From contig OZ219858.1 in assembly GCA_964291395.2 (NCBI GenBank), forward strand, positions 32,001 through 96,000: a DNA stretch of 64,000 bases, read 5' to 3'. Shown one piece after another: positions 1 through 9,644 of this stretch (positions within the stretch are counted from its first letter, which is position 1; each line of letters opens with the position of its first letter). Under the pieces are notes generated by a model. It searched no databases. It worked only from the letters and a program-made list of their open reading frames with translations, and had not been told where the DNA came from. The translations under genes were made by a program, and so were the position numbers. This stretch comes from Alphaproteobacteria bacterium. Lineage in GTDB: Bacteria > Pseudomonadota > Alphaproteobacteria > UBA2966.

Positions 1-555
1 TCCGTAAAGGCCTCGTCGAGGCCCTCGGTGGCGAATGTCGATTCGAGTACGACGTTGGTGCCGAGTTCCTCGTGAACCAGCGGCGCATCATCGCGCGCCG
101 CACTCTCGAGATCCACGGCGGCCGGCAGGGGATCGTACGTGACGAGGACCCGTTCCACCCCGTCCTCGGCCACGTAAGGGATTTTCGGCCACGACCACGG
201 CGACCGCCTCACCGACGAAACGCACCTTCTCGCGGGCGACGGCATCACGGGTGGTATCGCGGTGGCCCTCGAGCAGGAAGCCGGTGTGGATCGGCCGGGT
301 CAATCGAGCGATATCCTCGCCGGTAAGCACGTCGATGACGCCCGGGAGCGCCAAGGCCTCCTCCGCGTCAATCAAGACGATGCGGGCGTGGGCCTCGGAG
401 CTCAGGACGAAACCGAGGTGGAGGGTGTTGGAAGGTTCGGGAACGTCGTCGATGTAGCAGCCCTGGCCCGTGAGCAACCAGGCGTCCTCGCGGCGGGGGA
501 TGCTCCGGCCGACGATCTTCCAGGAATCGTCGCCCGGCCTGTCTGGAACGGCCAT
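1..555 (-). CDS. Xanthine dehydrogenase/CO dehydrogenase family molybdopterin large subunit (CoxL-like), N-terminal part; apparent frameshift near 178; runs off window
   Basis: VGRSIPRREDAWLLTGQGCYIDD, HARI, VRFVGEAVAVVVAE motifs; after one extra base at AATCCCT the homologous sequence YVAEDGVERVLVTYDPLPA continues in another frame. Confidence 0.85.
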
Positions 556-558
556 GGC

Positions 559-1041
559 TCAGCCTTCTCCGGTCGGCATGCTGCGGGCCGCCTCGGCCAC
601 GGCCTTGATGATGTTCACGTAGCCGGTGCAGCGGCAGACGTTGTTGGTGAGCCCGCGGCGGATCTCGGTCTCGTCGGGCGACGGATTTTGCCGCAGCAAC
701 TCCACCGTGGTGAGCACGAAGCCGGGCGTGCAATAGCCGCATTGCAGCGCGTGATTGCGATGGAATGCATCTTGGATGGGGCTGAGGCTTGCCTCGGCGC
801 TGACCCCTTCGATGGTCGTGATCTCGGACCCGGAGACCTGGACAGCGAAATGCAGACAACTCCGCGCCGTCTGCCCGTCGAGAAGCACTGTACAGGCACC
901 GCAGACCCCCTGCTCGCAACCGATATGGGTGCCGGTGAGCCCCAGCTCGCGACGCAGGAAATCCACGAGCAGATACCGCGGCTCGACGCTGCGCACGTAT
1001 TCCGCACCGTTGACGGTTAGCCTGACCTCGACCTTGCTCAT
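559..1041 (-). CDS. (2Fe-2S) small subunit, CoxS/CutS family
   Basis: GCEQGVCGACTV and QCGYCTPG...CRCTGY motifs. Confidence 0.95.
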   Translation of the reverse strand: MSKVEVRLTVNGAEYVRSVEPRYLLVDFLRRELGLTGTHIGCEQGVCGACTVLLDGQTARSCLHFAVQVSGSEITTIEGVSAEASLSPIQDAFHRNHALQCGYCTPGFVLTTVELLRQNPSPDETEIRRGLTNNVCRCTGYVNIIKAVAEAARSMPTGEG

Positions 1042-1895
1042 GCGATCGCTTCCCTCACGGCCCGCTCGACGAGCGTCGCGGTCAAGCGCCGGCGGTAGGC
1101 GGCACTGGCGTGGATGTCGTCAGCAGGATCGACGGATTGGGCCGCGGCTTCGCCGGCCGCGCGCAGGATGTCCGCGTCGAACGGATTTTCCACGAGGATG
1201 CACTCCGCTTCGGCGAGGCGGACGGGTGTCGGCCCGACACCCATGACCGCCAGGCGCACCCCGGCGCACGCCCCGTCCTTCGACATCTCCAACGCCGCGG
1301 CGACGCCGACGACCGCGAAGCCATGCCGGCGGTTCCCCACTTCGGCGAAGGCCGCGCGGTGGTTCGACCCGGCTCGGGGAAAACGGACGGCGTGGAGCAT
1401 CTCGCCTTCCCGGAGGGAGGTCGTCAGGTCGGAGAGGAAGAAGCCGGACGCGGCAACCGTGCGCTCGGCTCCGGCGCTCCGCACGAGGAGTTCGGCGTCC
1501 AGCGCCAAAGCCACCGCGGGCAACTCCGCCAAGCGGTCGGCATGGGCCAGAGTCCCGCCCACAGTTCCCCGGTTGCGGTGAGCCGTGCCGCCGAGATGAG
1601 GCAGAGCCGCGGCGAGCAGAGGACAGGCTTCGCGCACCTTCGACGACCGCTCCGCCGTCATCTGGCGGGTCATCGTACCGCAGACGAGGGAACCGTTCTC
1701 CATCCTGATGTAAGCGAGCGAAGGGCAGCGGCCCAGATCGATGATTACCGCGGGCTGGACGATGCGGAGGTTGAGCATTGGAACGAGACTCTGCCCACCG
1801 GCGAGCAGCCGGGCGTCGTCACCGTGCCGGCGCAGCAAGTCCAGCACTTCCTCTTCCGTCTCCGGCGAAACGTACTCGAACGGCGCCGGTTTCAC
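1038..1895 (-). CDS. FAD-binding medium subunit, CoxM/CutM family
   Basis: MKPAPFEY, LAGGQSLVPMLNLR, RNRGTVGG, DDIHASAAYRR; M-S-L gene order. Confidence 0.95.
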   Translation of the reverse strand: MKPAPFEYVSPETEEEVLDLLRRHGDDARLLAGGQSLVPMLNLRIVQPAVIIDLGRCPSLAYIRMENGSLVCGTMTRQMTAERSSKVREACPLLAAALPHLGGTAHRNRGTVGGTLAHADRLAELPAVALALDAELLVRSAGAERTVAASGFFLSDLTTSLREGEMLHAVRFPRAGSNHRAAFAEVGNRRHGFAVVGVAAALEMSKDGACAGVRLAVMGVGPTPVRLAEAECILVENPFDADILRAAGEAAAQSVDPADDIHASAAYRRRLTATLVERAVREAIA

Positions 1896-2032
1896 CCGTC
1901 GGCCTCCCCGTGCTCCCGGCTATCGCGTCCGGGCGGCGTATCTAATCACGCTGCCCGGCAAGGGTCGACCCATGCGGCCTGTCCGTTCGTAGCCTAAACT
2001 CGGAGTCGCGAGACACGAAGGGGGATCAGTTC

Positions 2033-3436
2033 ATGACCGATGACCCGGCCATGATGACGGCGATGGAGCTTGTCACCCGGTATCGCCGCAAAACGCTCTC
2101 ACCCGTCGAAGCGACGGCAGCGGTCCTTGCGCGCATCGACCGGTGCGACCCCGCACTCAACGCCTTCTGCGTGCTCGATGGCGATTTCGCGATGGCTGGA
2201 GCCCGGGAGTCCGAAGCGCGCTGGCGGAGGGGCGAGCCGCAGGGCCTGATTGACGGCGTGCCGACGACCATCAAGGACGTCATACTGGCGAAAGGCTGGC
2301 CGACGCGGCGCGGCTCCAAGACGACGCCGGCCGAGGGCCCGTGGGACGTCGACGCACCTGCCTCGGCGCGCGTGCGCGAGCACGGCGCGGTGCTTCTCGG
2401 CAAGACCACGACACCGGAATACGGGTGGAAAGGCGTCACCGATTGCCCGCTTACGGGCACCACGCGGAATCCCTGGAACGCGGATCTGACGCCGGGCGGC
2501 TCGAGCGGCGGCGCCACGGCGGCGTGTGCCACGGGCATGGGCGCACTCCACGTCGGCAGTGACGGCGGGGGCTCGATCCGCATGCCATGCGCCTTCACGG
2601 GCGTTTTCGGCATCAAGGCCACCTCGGGCCGCGTACCCGTGTATCCCCCGAACTACCTTGCCGACACCGTCCATCACGGTCCAATCACGCGGACGGTTGC
2701 CGACAGCGCGCTCTTGCTGACGGTCCTCTCGAAGCCGGACGCGCGCGATTGGTTCGCCATTCCGTACGAGCCCCGCGACTGGCGCGTGGGGCTCGACGAC
2801 GGTGTGCGCGGAATGCGCATCGCCTATTCGCGGAACTTGGGCTACGCCGACGTCGACCCGGAAATCGCCAACCTGGTTGAGGCGGCGGTCCAGGTTCTGG
2901 CCGATCTCGGCGCCGTGGTGGAGGAACAGGATCCGGGGTTCGAGGACCCCATGGAGCCCTTCCGCGCGAACTTCTTCTCGTGCCTGCGACCGGTCATCGA
3001 TGCGGTTCCGGAAGATCGCCGGGACCAACTCGATCCGGGTTTCGTGCGCTGGGTCGACGCCTACCGGGACACGGATGCCGACTCTCTACTCGCCGCTCAG
3101 GGCATCCGCATGAACCTCGGCCATGTCATGAACATGTTTCTCGATTCCTGGGACCTTTTGCTCACGCCCCAGGTCCCGATCCCGGCCTTCGAGGTGAATG
3201 CCGAAGTCCCCGCAGGACGGGGAATGAAAAGCTGGATGGAGTGGAGCCCGTTCACCTACCCTTTCAACTTCACGGGCCACCCGGCCGCGACGGTGCCGTG
3301 CGGCCTGACGTCCGATGGCCTGCCCGCGGCCATCCAGCTTGTCGGACCCCGCTATCGCGAGGATCTGGTACTGCGGGCCGCCCGGGCGTACGAAACGGCC
3401 CATCCCTTCGTCATGCCGCCCTTGCCATCGGTGTAG
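2033..3436 (+). CDS. Amidase signature family protein
   Basis: IKD lysine, PGGSSGG, GSDGGGSIRMP signature. Confidence 0.95.
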   Translation: MTDDPAMMTAMELVTRYRRKTLSPVEATAAVLARIDRCDPALNAFCVLDGDFAMAGARESEARWRRGEPQGLIDGVPTTIKDVILAKGWPTRRGSKTTPAEGPWDVDAPASARVREHGAVLLGKTTTPEYGWKGVTDCPLTGTTRNPWNADLTPGGSSGGATAACATGMGALHVGSDGGGSIRMPCAFTGVFGIKATSGRVPVYPPNYLADTVHHGPITRTVADSALLLTVLSKPDARDWFAIPYEPRDWRVGLDDGVRGMRIAYSRNLGYADVDPEIANLVEAAVQVLADLGAVVEEQDPGFEDPMEPFRANFFSCLRPVIDAVPEDRRDQLDPGFVRWVDAYRDTDADSLLAAQGIRMNLGHVMNMFLDSWDLLLTPQVPIPAFEVNAEVPAGRGMKSWMEWSPFTYPFNFTGHPAATVPCGLTSDGLPAAIQLVGPRYREDLVLRAARAYETAHPFVMPPLPSV

Positions 3437-3498
3437 GGCGGCGTTTCCCTTTTCTCCACAGGAGATGGAAGAGGCGAACGACGTTCGCCGAAGGGACC

Positions 3499-3840
3499 CT
3501 ACCGGAACGGGCCCCATTCTCGGGTGGGAGCGCCCTCACCGTCCGGAACCTCCTCGATGAGGAAATAGGCCGACGTGGCGTATTTGCGGCGGACTTCCGC
3601 CGCTTTTTGGTAGGCCTCGGAGTAGTACCAGCCCTCGGCGGCTTCCTTGCTCTCGAAGCCGAGGATGACGAAGCGGCCCGGCTCGAAGTCGCCTTCCAGG
3701 ATCTTGGCGTCGCCCGCCCCACGGGCCCGTCCCACGTACCAGCCTCCGTGTTCAATCACGGTTGGCGGCACCAAGGCGCTATAGCCCTTGTAAGGCTCGG
3801 GCTCGAGGACATCTACGTTGGCAACCACGTATGCGACCAT
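3499..3840 (-). CDS. DUF1330 domain protein
   Basis: AYVVANVDV..Y..Y, HGG, LEG, VILGFES..AA..WY.S..YQ pattern; GGGAGG RBS. Confidence 0.85.
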   Translation of the reverse strand: MVAYVVANVDVLEPEPYKGYSALVPPTVIEHGGWYVGRARGAGDAKILEGDFEPGRFVILGFESKEAAEGWYYSEAYQKAAEVRRKYATSAYFLIEEVPDGEGAPTREWGPFR

Positions 3841-4002
3841 CACGGCCTCCCTTTCATGAGCGATTGTGCGCGAAATCATGCCGGGCGCTCCGAACCGCGT
3901 CAAAATCGGGGTCGGACCCGAGGTCCGATCCCCATCGACGATTTTTCCGCTACCATGGGCTTAGGTACCGCTCAACCCCCGCGACCCGTAGTCTCAAACC
4001 CG

Positions 4003-4896
4003 ATGACAGCGCTCAATCCCGAACCGGCCGCCCAGGCCAGGCGTCAGCGCGTGCTGTCGGGTGCAGCCCTGGTCACCGGGGCGGGGCTGATGTTCGCCCT
4101 GGCCGGCATGTCCATCAAAATGGCGGGGGAGACTCTCGGCAGCACCCACATCCTCTTCTGGCGTAATGTGCTGAGCCTGTTGATCCTGACCCCGTGGATC
4201 CTCTGGAACTGGCCCCATTCCTTGCGGCCCGCCCACACGGGCCTGATCGTGCTGCGCGGCGTTTCCGTCGTGGCGGCACTGCTCTGCTATTACTACGCGG
4301 TCACGGTGATCCCCCTGGCGGACGCACTGCTGTTCAATTTCAGCGCACCCATATTCGTACCGGTGCTCGGGCTACTGCTGTTCGGTTTCGCCCTGAACCG
4401 GGCGGTACTGCTCGCCGTGATCATCGGCTTCATCGGGGTCGCCTTGATCCTCAAGCCGGGCACGAACCTCTTCCAGCCGGTGGCACTGATCGCGCTGGCT
4501 TCGGGCGCCTTGGGTGGCCTTTCGGCCGTCGCCATCTGGCGCATGCCGGCGAACGAAAGCGCGACGCGTATCGCCGTGTTCTTCGCCTTGATCGGCATCG
4601 CGATCACCTCGGTGGCGATTGTCGCAGACCCCCGCCTACCGCCACCCGAGTCCTGGAGTCCACTCGTCATGCTGGGCGTGTTTTCGACAGCCGCCCACCT
4701 GCTTTACGTGCGTGGCTGCCTAATCGCTCCGACCGATCAGGTATCGACCCTCACGTACACGTCGGTGTTTTTCGGCGCCGCGATCGGCTGGATGATCTGG
4801 GACGAGCGCGTGGACTGGTTCATGACCGCGGGCACGGTGCTCGTCATCGGTGCCAGCGCAATCTCTGTTCGCGCCGGACGGGGCACTGCCGCTTGA
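4003..4896 (+). CDS. DMT/EamA family transporter
   Basis: About 10 hydrophobic segments, FSAPIF, IGFIGVALILKPG; start at MTALNP. Confidence 0.9.
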   Translation: MTALNPEPAAQARRQRVLSGAALVTGAGLMFALAGMSIKMAGETLGSTHILFWRNVLSLLILTPWILWNWPHSLRPAHTGLIVLRGVSVVAALLCYYYAVTVIPLADALLFNFSAPIFVPVLGLLLFGFALNRAVLLAVIIGFIGVALILKPGTNLFQPVALIALASGALGGLSAVAIWRMPANESATRIAVFFALIGIAITSVAIVADPRLPPPESWSPLVMLGVFSTAAHLLYVRGCLIAPTDQVSTLTYTSVFFGAAIGWMIWDERVDWFMTAGTVLVIGASAISVRAGRGTAA

Positions 4897-5159
4897 ACCT
4901 TCAAGCTATTGAAATTGAGAATCTTTCCGCTTTCGCGAAAGCGTTGGCCGTGGCCTCGTCGGGACGCGCCTTGACGCGCCAGGCAAGGGCCGTGGCCTTG
5001 GTCGCCTCGGAGCCCGGCAGCCGGCTGACAGGGTGTGACAGACCGCACCGATGCGGCCTCATCCTTGCCCTCGGTCTGCCCGTTTACCGGGCTCACCCGA
5101 ACGTTTAGCATCGCACAAGCGAACGAAAGTCCAGCTTCTCCCATTCGCAGGTGAACGGC

Positions 5160-5627
5160 ATGCTCGATATTGGCGACTCGTTTCCCAACCTGACGTTCAA
5201 TCTCGTGGGCGGTGCCGGAACCGTCGCCATCCCGGACGATCTCGAGGCCGACTACAACATCGTCCTGTTCTATCGCGGCCATTGGTGACCCTATTGCCGT
5301 CGTCAGTTGGACGACTGGGAAGCCCACAAATCGGAACTCGAGGCGATCGACGCCAGGGTGGCCGTCGCAGGCAGCGTGGACAGCGCCTGGCACGCCCAGG
5401 AGATCGCCGACGGCGTCTCGTTCCCGATCGCCCAGGGCGTGAGCCGCGAGCAGGGCGAGGCGGTCGGCGCTTTCTGGGAGGATGACCGCAAGTTCATCCA
5501 GCCCGCGGAGTTCATCCTGCTCAAGGACGGCACGGTGCGCGGCTCTTCCTACGCCGCCGGCCCCCTCGGCCGCCTGGATGCTTCGGACGCCATCAAACTG
5601 ATTACCTTCTGGGAATCGAACAAGTAA
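5160..5627 (+). CDS. Peroxiredoxin-like (AhpC/TSA, redoxin) selenoprotein, Sec at TGA 5286-5288
   Basis: Single frame MLDIGDSFPNLTF...VLFYRGHW-TGA-PYCRRQL...QPAEFIL; TGA occupies first Cys of the WCPYC motif; SECIS-like hairpin follows. Confidence 0.9.
5289..5319 (+). promoter_or_regulatory. Bacterial SECIS element
   Basis: Stem GTCGTC/GACGAC (5299-5315), loop AGTTG starting after 16 nt from TGA, G at loop position 2; CCC/GGG lower pairing. Confidence 0.8.
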
Positions 5628-5675
5628 GCCAACTCGCGGCCCGAGGCCGAGTTCCGCGAGCGAAGCGGAGTCCGC

Positions 5676-6182
5676 CTAGAAGAAGATGGTGATGCTGCGG
5701 GGCAGCAGCGACTGATCAAGAACGACCTTGCGCCTGACGATCCGGTAGCTACCATTCTCCGCCCGGAGCCGGTCTTCCCGACGGCCCACGAAGATCTTCT
5801 CCGTCCGCTCCAGCCGTGACTGATAGACCATCAGGTTGCAGCGCACGTCGAGTTCGCCGTCGCCGCCAGCGCCGGCCTCGTCGACCTCGACGTTGGAGAT
5901 GAAATAGCGCAGGCGCGAGGGCGGCTGCTCCGCATGCGCCAAGTGATGGCGCAGGCGCTGCACGCGCGCCGCCATGAAATCCTTGTCGTCATCGACGTGC
6001 GGCAGAAACTCCTCGCCGCGCTCGGAATCCTCCCGGTCCACCGTCGTTTCCCGGATGGGCATGAGGTAGCGCGTATCGTCAGTAAAGAGATCGAGCCACT
6101 CCTCGAAGCGGCCCTCCGCCAGCATGCGGACTTCCCGATAGAGGAACCGTTCAACCCTGTGCTGCAAGTCTGGGCTTGTCAT
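5676..6182 (-). CDS. Aromatic ring-hydroxylating dioxygenase beta subunit
   Basis: VERFLYRE...WLDLFTDD..Y.MP, AEQPPSRLRYFISNV, GRREDRLR; follows alpha gene. Confidence 0.93.
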   Translation of the reverse strand: MTSPDLQHRVERFLYREVRMLAEGRFEEWLDLFTDDTRYLMPIRETTVDREDSERGEEFLPHVDDDKDFMAARVQRLRHHLAHAEQPPSRLRYFISNVEVDEAGAGGDGELDVRCNLMVYQSRLERTEKIFVGRREDRLRAENGSYRIVRRKVVLDQSLLPRSITIFF

Positions 6183-7509
6183 AGACCATCCGCGCTCCTT
6201 TGCCGCCATCCATCAGGTCCGCCCAGTGCCGGTAGAACAGCCTCTGATTCTCCTCGGATACGTAGGTCGAAATGTGCCCGGGCACGTCGTCGAACCCCTC
6301 GACCGGGTCCCGCTCGAGGGTCATCTGGTAGTTGAAGTCGAGGCGTTGGCCGATCACGCCGGCCGTCGACTGCGTGACCTGCTCGAAGTTCTCCGTGTCG
6401 TCCGGGCCGACGATGCCGGACGTCGACTGAAAACGCGTGAAATCAATCCGCGCCATATCCTTGACCACCTGCGGCGCGTCCCGGTCGGTAGCCGCCCACT
6501 GCCATACCTCGAGACGGCCCGGACCCTTCGGCGTCCACAAGTACAGGCCGATCGGCCGCAGCGTGCTGAAATCGTTGATCGAGAAGTTCGGAAACAGATT
6601 GCCGAACGGCAACGCGTGGACCTTGGCCTGGGCTTCCGAAAGCTTGAGCAGACGGGCGTGGCATTCCTCGACGTACTCCACGACCTCGGGACCCATGTCC
6701 GCGGCCAGCATACGGTCGACCTTGACCCGTTCGCCGGAGAGGGTGAACTGCGTGAAGCCGTGGCCGTTGTCCATGGCAATGTCGTAATATGTGAGCTTGC
6801 CCTCGCGGTAGATCAGGGGATTGGCGGGGTTGAGCTGCCGGATGTCCAGCGCGTAGGCCGATCCGTGGCTGTGGGCGAGATGGTATGAGTCGCCGACGAA
6901 GTTCTCCGAGGCGATCTTCCAGTTGCCGTCCACCGAGTAGCGCTGCTGCCCCGGGATCACCTCGATGCCCCCCAGCGACCGCTCGATCAGGATGTCCAGA
7001 TACCAGCGCGCGTTGCCGAGGTAGTCATCGAGACTCCCGGCGTCTTCGTCCCAGTTGCCGAACACGAACCCGCCGTAGCTGGCCAGCCGCGGCACCCGGT
7101 GCAGACCCCAGTCCTCCTTGTCGAGACCCCCGAAATAACCGTCCTCGAAGTTCGGCACCGCCTTGAGCGAACCATCGGCGCCGTAAGTCCAGCCGTGGAA
7201 AGGACAGGCGAACTGGCGCGCGTTGCCCGCGTCCGTGCGGCACACCCGCATGCCCCGGTGGCGGCAGGAGTTGAGAAAAGCCCGAACCTCGCCGTCCCCG
7301 CCCCGCCAGATCAGCACCGGGTCCTCGCCCATGTAGTTGGTGGTGTAGTCCCCGGGGGCGGGAATCTGACTCTCGTGCGCAAGATAGAGCCAGCATTTGG
7401 CGAAGATATTCTCCAACTCGGCACGGTAAACCTCCGGATCAAAGAAAATCCGGCGGCTGATCAGACCCTCCTCAACCCTCACCAGATCGCGAACACGGAT
7501 ATCCGACAT
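6151..7509 (-). CDS. Rieske ring-hydroxylating dioxygenase alpha subunit (biphenyl/phenylpropionate-like)
   Basis: Rieske CRHRG...CPFHGW; NWKIASENFVGDSYHLAHSH; DDTEN. Confidence 0.95.
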   Translation of the reverse strand: MSDIRVRDLVRVEEGLISRRIFFDPEVYRAELENIFAKCWLYLAHESQIPAPGDYTTNYMGEDPVLIWRGGDGEVRAFLNSCRHRGMRVCRTDAGNARQFACPFHGWTYGADGSLKAVPNFEDGYFGGLDKEDWGLHRVPRLASYGGFVFGNWDEDAGSLDDYLGNARWYLDILIERSLGGIEVIPGQQRYSVDGNWKIASENFVGDSYHLAHSHGSAYALDIRQLNPANPLIYREGKLTYYDIAMDNGHGFTQFTLSGERVKVDRMLAADMGPEVVEYVEECHARLLKLSEAQAKVHALPFGNLFPNFSINDFSTLRPIGLYLWTPKGPGRLEVWQWAATDRDAPQVVKDMARIDFTRFQSTSGIVGPDDTENFEQVTQSTAGVIGQRLDFNYQMTLERDPVEGFDDVPGHISTYVSEENQRLFYRHWADLMDGGKGARMVYDKPRLAAQG

Positions 7510-7648
7510 GGTCACCTCCCTTCGCCCCATCATAGCCGCAACCGCCACGAGGGAAAACGCCCGCCTCCAACGCCAGCCGTCCAACCCCAGGCCCGACTCG
7601 ATTCATCATTTCGGGTGAAAACAGTACAATGAGGACCGGAGGGAAATC

Positions 7649-8980
7649 ATGAGTGCACTCTCGGCTCCAAGCGGTCAACCCCTGATCATCGACGATGCGG
7701 AGGCGGGCGTTTTCCGCGTCAATCGGGCCGCCTACGCCTCCGAAGAGGTGTTCGAGCGCGAGCAGCGCGCCCTCTACGATCACTGCTGGCTGCTGCTGGG
7801 ACATGAATCCGAGATCTCCCGACCGGGAGATTTCAAGACCCGCACCATAGCGCTGAGGCCGATCATCCTCTGCCGGGGCGACGACGGACGCGTTCGCGCG
7901 TTCATCAATTCCTGCCCCCATCGCGGCGCGGAGCTGTGTCGCGAAACCGAGGGCAACCGATCCATCTTCCACTGCATGTACCACTCGTGGACGTTCAGGA
8001 ACACGGGCGAGGTGCATACGGTGCGGGCCGAGGAGGGATACACCGGCGGATTCCGGCGTGAGGACTTCCACCTCAAGCAGGTGCCGCGCCTCGAGAGCTA
8101 CCGGGAATTCGTCTTCATCTGCTTCGATCCGGACGCGCCCGATCTGGTGACCTACCTCGGAAACGCGGCGCGTTATCTCGACTATCTCGCCGACCAGGGC
8201 GGCAACGGCATGGAAATCGTCGAGGGCACCCAGCTCTACGCCGCGCGGGCGAACTGGAAGCTGCAAATGGAGAACGTCATCGACTTCTACCATACGGTGC
8301 CGCTGCACACGTCCTACTTCCGCTTCCTCGAGAGCACCGGCGCCGACATCTCCGGCGGCGTGGGCGGCGCCGGCTATGACCTCGGCAACGGGCATTCCGC
8401 CGTGCATTTCAAGGCGGGCTGGGGCCGTCCCGTGGCCCGCTGGGAACCCCGCTGGGGCGAGGCGGAGAAACACCGGCTGGAAGCGCTCCGCACCGATATC
8501 GAGTCGCGCGTCGGAGCGCAGCGCGCCGAGATGATCTGCGACTGGGACCACAACATCCTGGTCTTTCCCAACTTGACCGTCGCCGACGTGGTGGCCCTGG
8601 TGGTGCGCGTGGTCAATCCGATCGCGCCCGGCATGATGGAGATCACCCAGTGGTGCCTGGCGCCCAAGGGCGAACCCGAGGAGGCCCGCTCGCGGCGGCT
8701 GCACGCCTTCAACACCTTCCTCGGTCCGGGCGGTTTCGCCACGCCCGACGACATCGAAGTCTTCGAAGGCTCGCAGCGCGCCTTCTGCGCCCACCGGGAA
8801 CTCGCCTGGTCCGATTTTTCACGAGGCTACCACGGGGAAGCGACCCGGCCCGAAACGGAGATCCGGTCCGACTACGAGGGTCAAATCCGGGCCTTCTACC
8901 GCGAATGGGCGGCGCGCATGGGAGCCATTGTCTCACATCGCGTGGACGGCGCCCTGCCCCGCGAGGCAGCCGCGGAATGA
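7649..8980 (+). CDS. Rieske ring-hydroxylating dioxygenase alpha subunit (benzoate/p-cumate-like)
   Basis: CPHRG...CMYHSW; NWKLQMENVIDFYHTVPLH; FLGPGGFATPDDIE. Confidence 0.95.
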   Translation: MSALSAPSGQPLIIDDAEAGVFRVNRAAYASEEVFEREQRALYDHCWLLLGHESEISRPGDFKTRTIALRPIILCRGDDGRVRAFINSCPHRGAELCRETEGNRSIFHCMYHSWTFRNTGEVHTVRAEEGYTGGFRREDFHLKQVPRLESYREFVFICFDPDAPDLVTYLGNAARYLDYLADQGGNGMEIVEGTQLYAARANWKLQMENVIDFYHTVPLHTSYFRFLESTGADISGGVGGAGYDLGNGHSAVHFKAGWGRPVARWEPRWGEAEKHRLEALRTDIESRVGAQRAEMICDWDHNILVFPNLTVADVVALVVRVVNPIAPGMMEITQWCLAPKGEPEEARSRRLHAFNTFLGPGGFATPDDIEVFEGSQRAFCAHRELAWSDFSRGYHGEATRPETEIRSDYEGQIRAFYREWAARMGAIVSHRVDGALPREAAAE

Positions 8981-9483
8981 CGGCCGCGGCCGCCGGCACG
9001 CCAACCGTCACGGCATCCGATCTGGAGAGTTTCCTCTATCACGAAGCGGACCTGCTCGACTCCTGGCGCCTTGAGGATTGGCTGGAACTCTTCCTGCCCG
9101 ACGGCACCTACGAGGTGCCGACGACGGACGCGCCCGACGGCTCGCCCGAGTCGACCCTCCATTTCGTCGCCGACACGATGACCGTGCTGAAAGGCCGGGT
9201 GAACCGCCTGATGAGCCCGGATGGCTATGCCGAGAGCCCACACGCCCGAACCCGACGCTTCATCTCGAACGTCCGTCTGGTCGAGGCGGAGGGGGACATG
9301 GTGCGCCTCGCGGCGAACTTCATGATCGCCCGCATGAAAAAGGGCGCCCAGGACCTGTTCATCGGCCACTACGACCACCGGCTGAAGGTCGCGGGCAACG
9401 GCGAGCTTCGGTTCCAACGTCGGCGATCTATCCTCGATCTGGAAGCCCTGCGCCCGCAGCGATCGGTGAGCATCATCATCTAG
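8977..9483 (+). CDS. Aromatic ring-hydroxylating dioxygenase beta subunit
   Basis: ATGA overlap with alpha; LESFLYHEADLLD, AESPHARTRRFISNVR. Confidence 0.93.
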   Translation: MTAAAAGTPTVTASDLESFLYHEADLLDSWRLEDWLELFLPDGTYEVPTTDAPDGSPESTLHFVADTMTVLKGRVNRLMSPDGYAESPHARTRRFISNVRLVEAEGDMVRLAANFMIARMKKGAQDLFIGHYDHRLKVAGNGELRFQRRRSILDLEALRPQRSVSIII

Positions 9484-9644
9484 GGCGGCCTGGGCTCGAC
9501 CGGAGCCGACCCGCCACTCCTTGTCGCTCACGTCAGCGGATTCATACGCCGCGTCGCGACCTCGGGAGCGGTTCGGGCCTGGCCCGGACCGCTCCGGATC
9601 CATTCGCTTGCCCGGGCACATGGGCTCCTGTACTCACGGATGCC

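Noticed and set aside
1-1895. Calling the cluster a true aerobic CO dehydrogenase
   Set aside because: Diagnostic large-subunit motif is outside the window; many paralogous hydroxylases share this layout
2980-4002. Long N-terminal extensions in the ORF track (EamA, MFS 9078, VOC 39379, oxygenase 47107)
   Set aside because: They overlap other real genes; downstream starts fit family lengths
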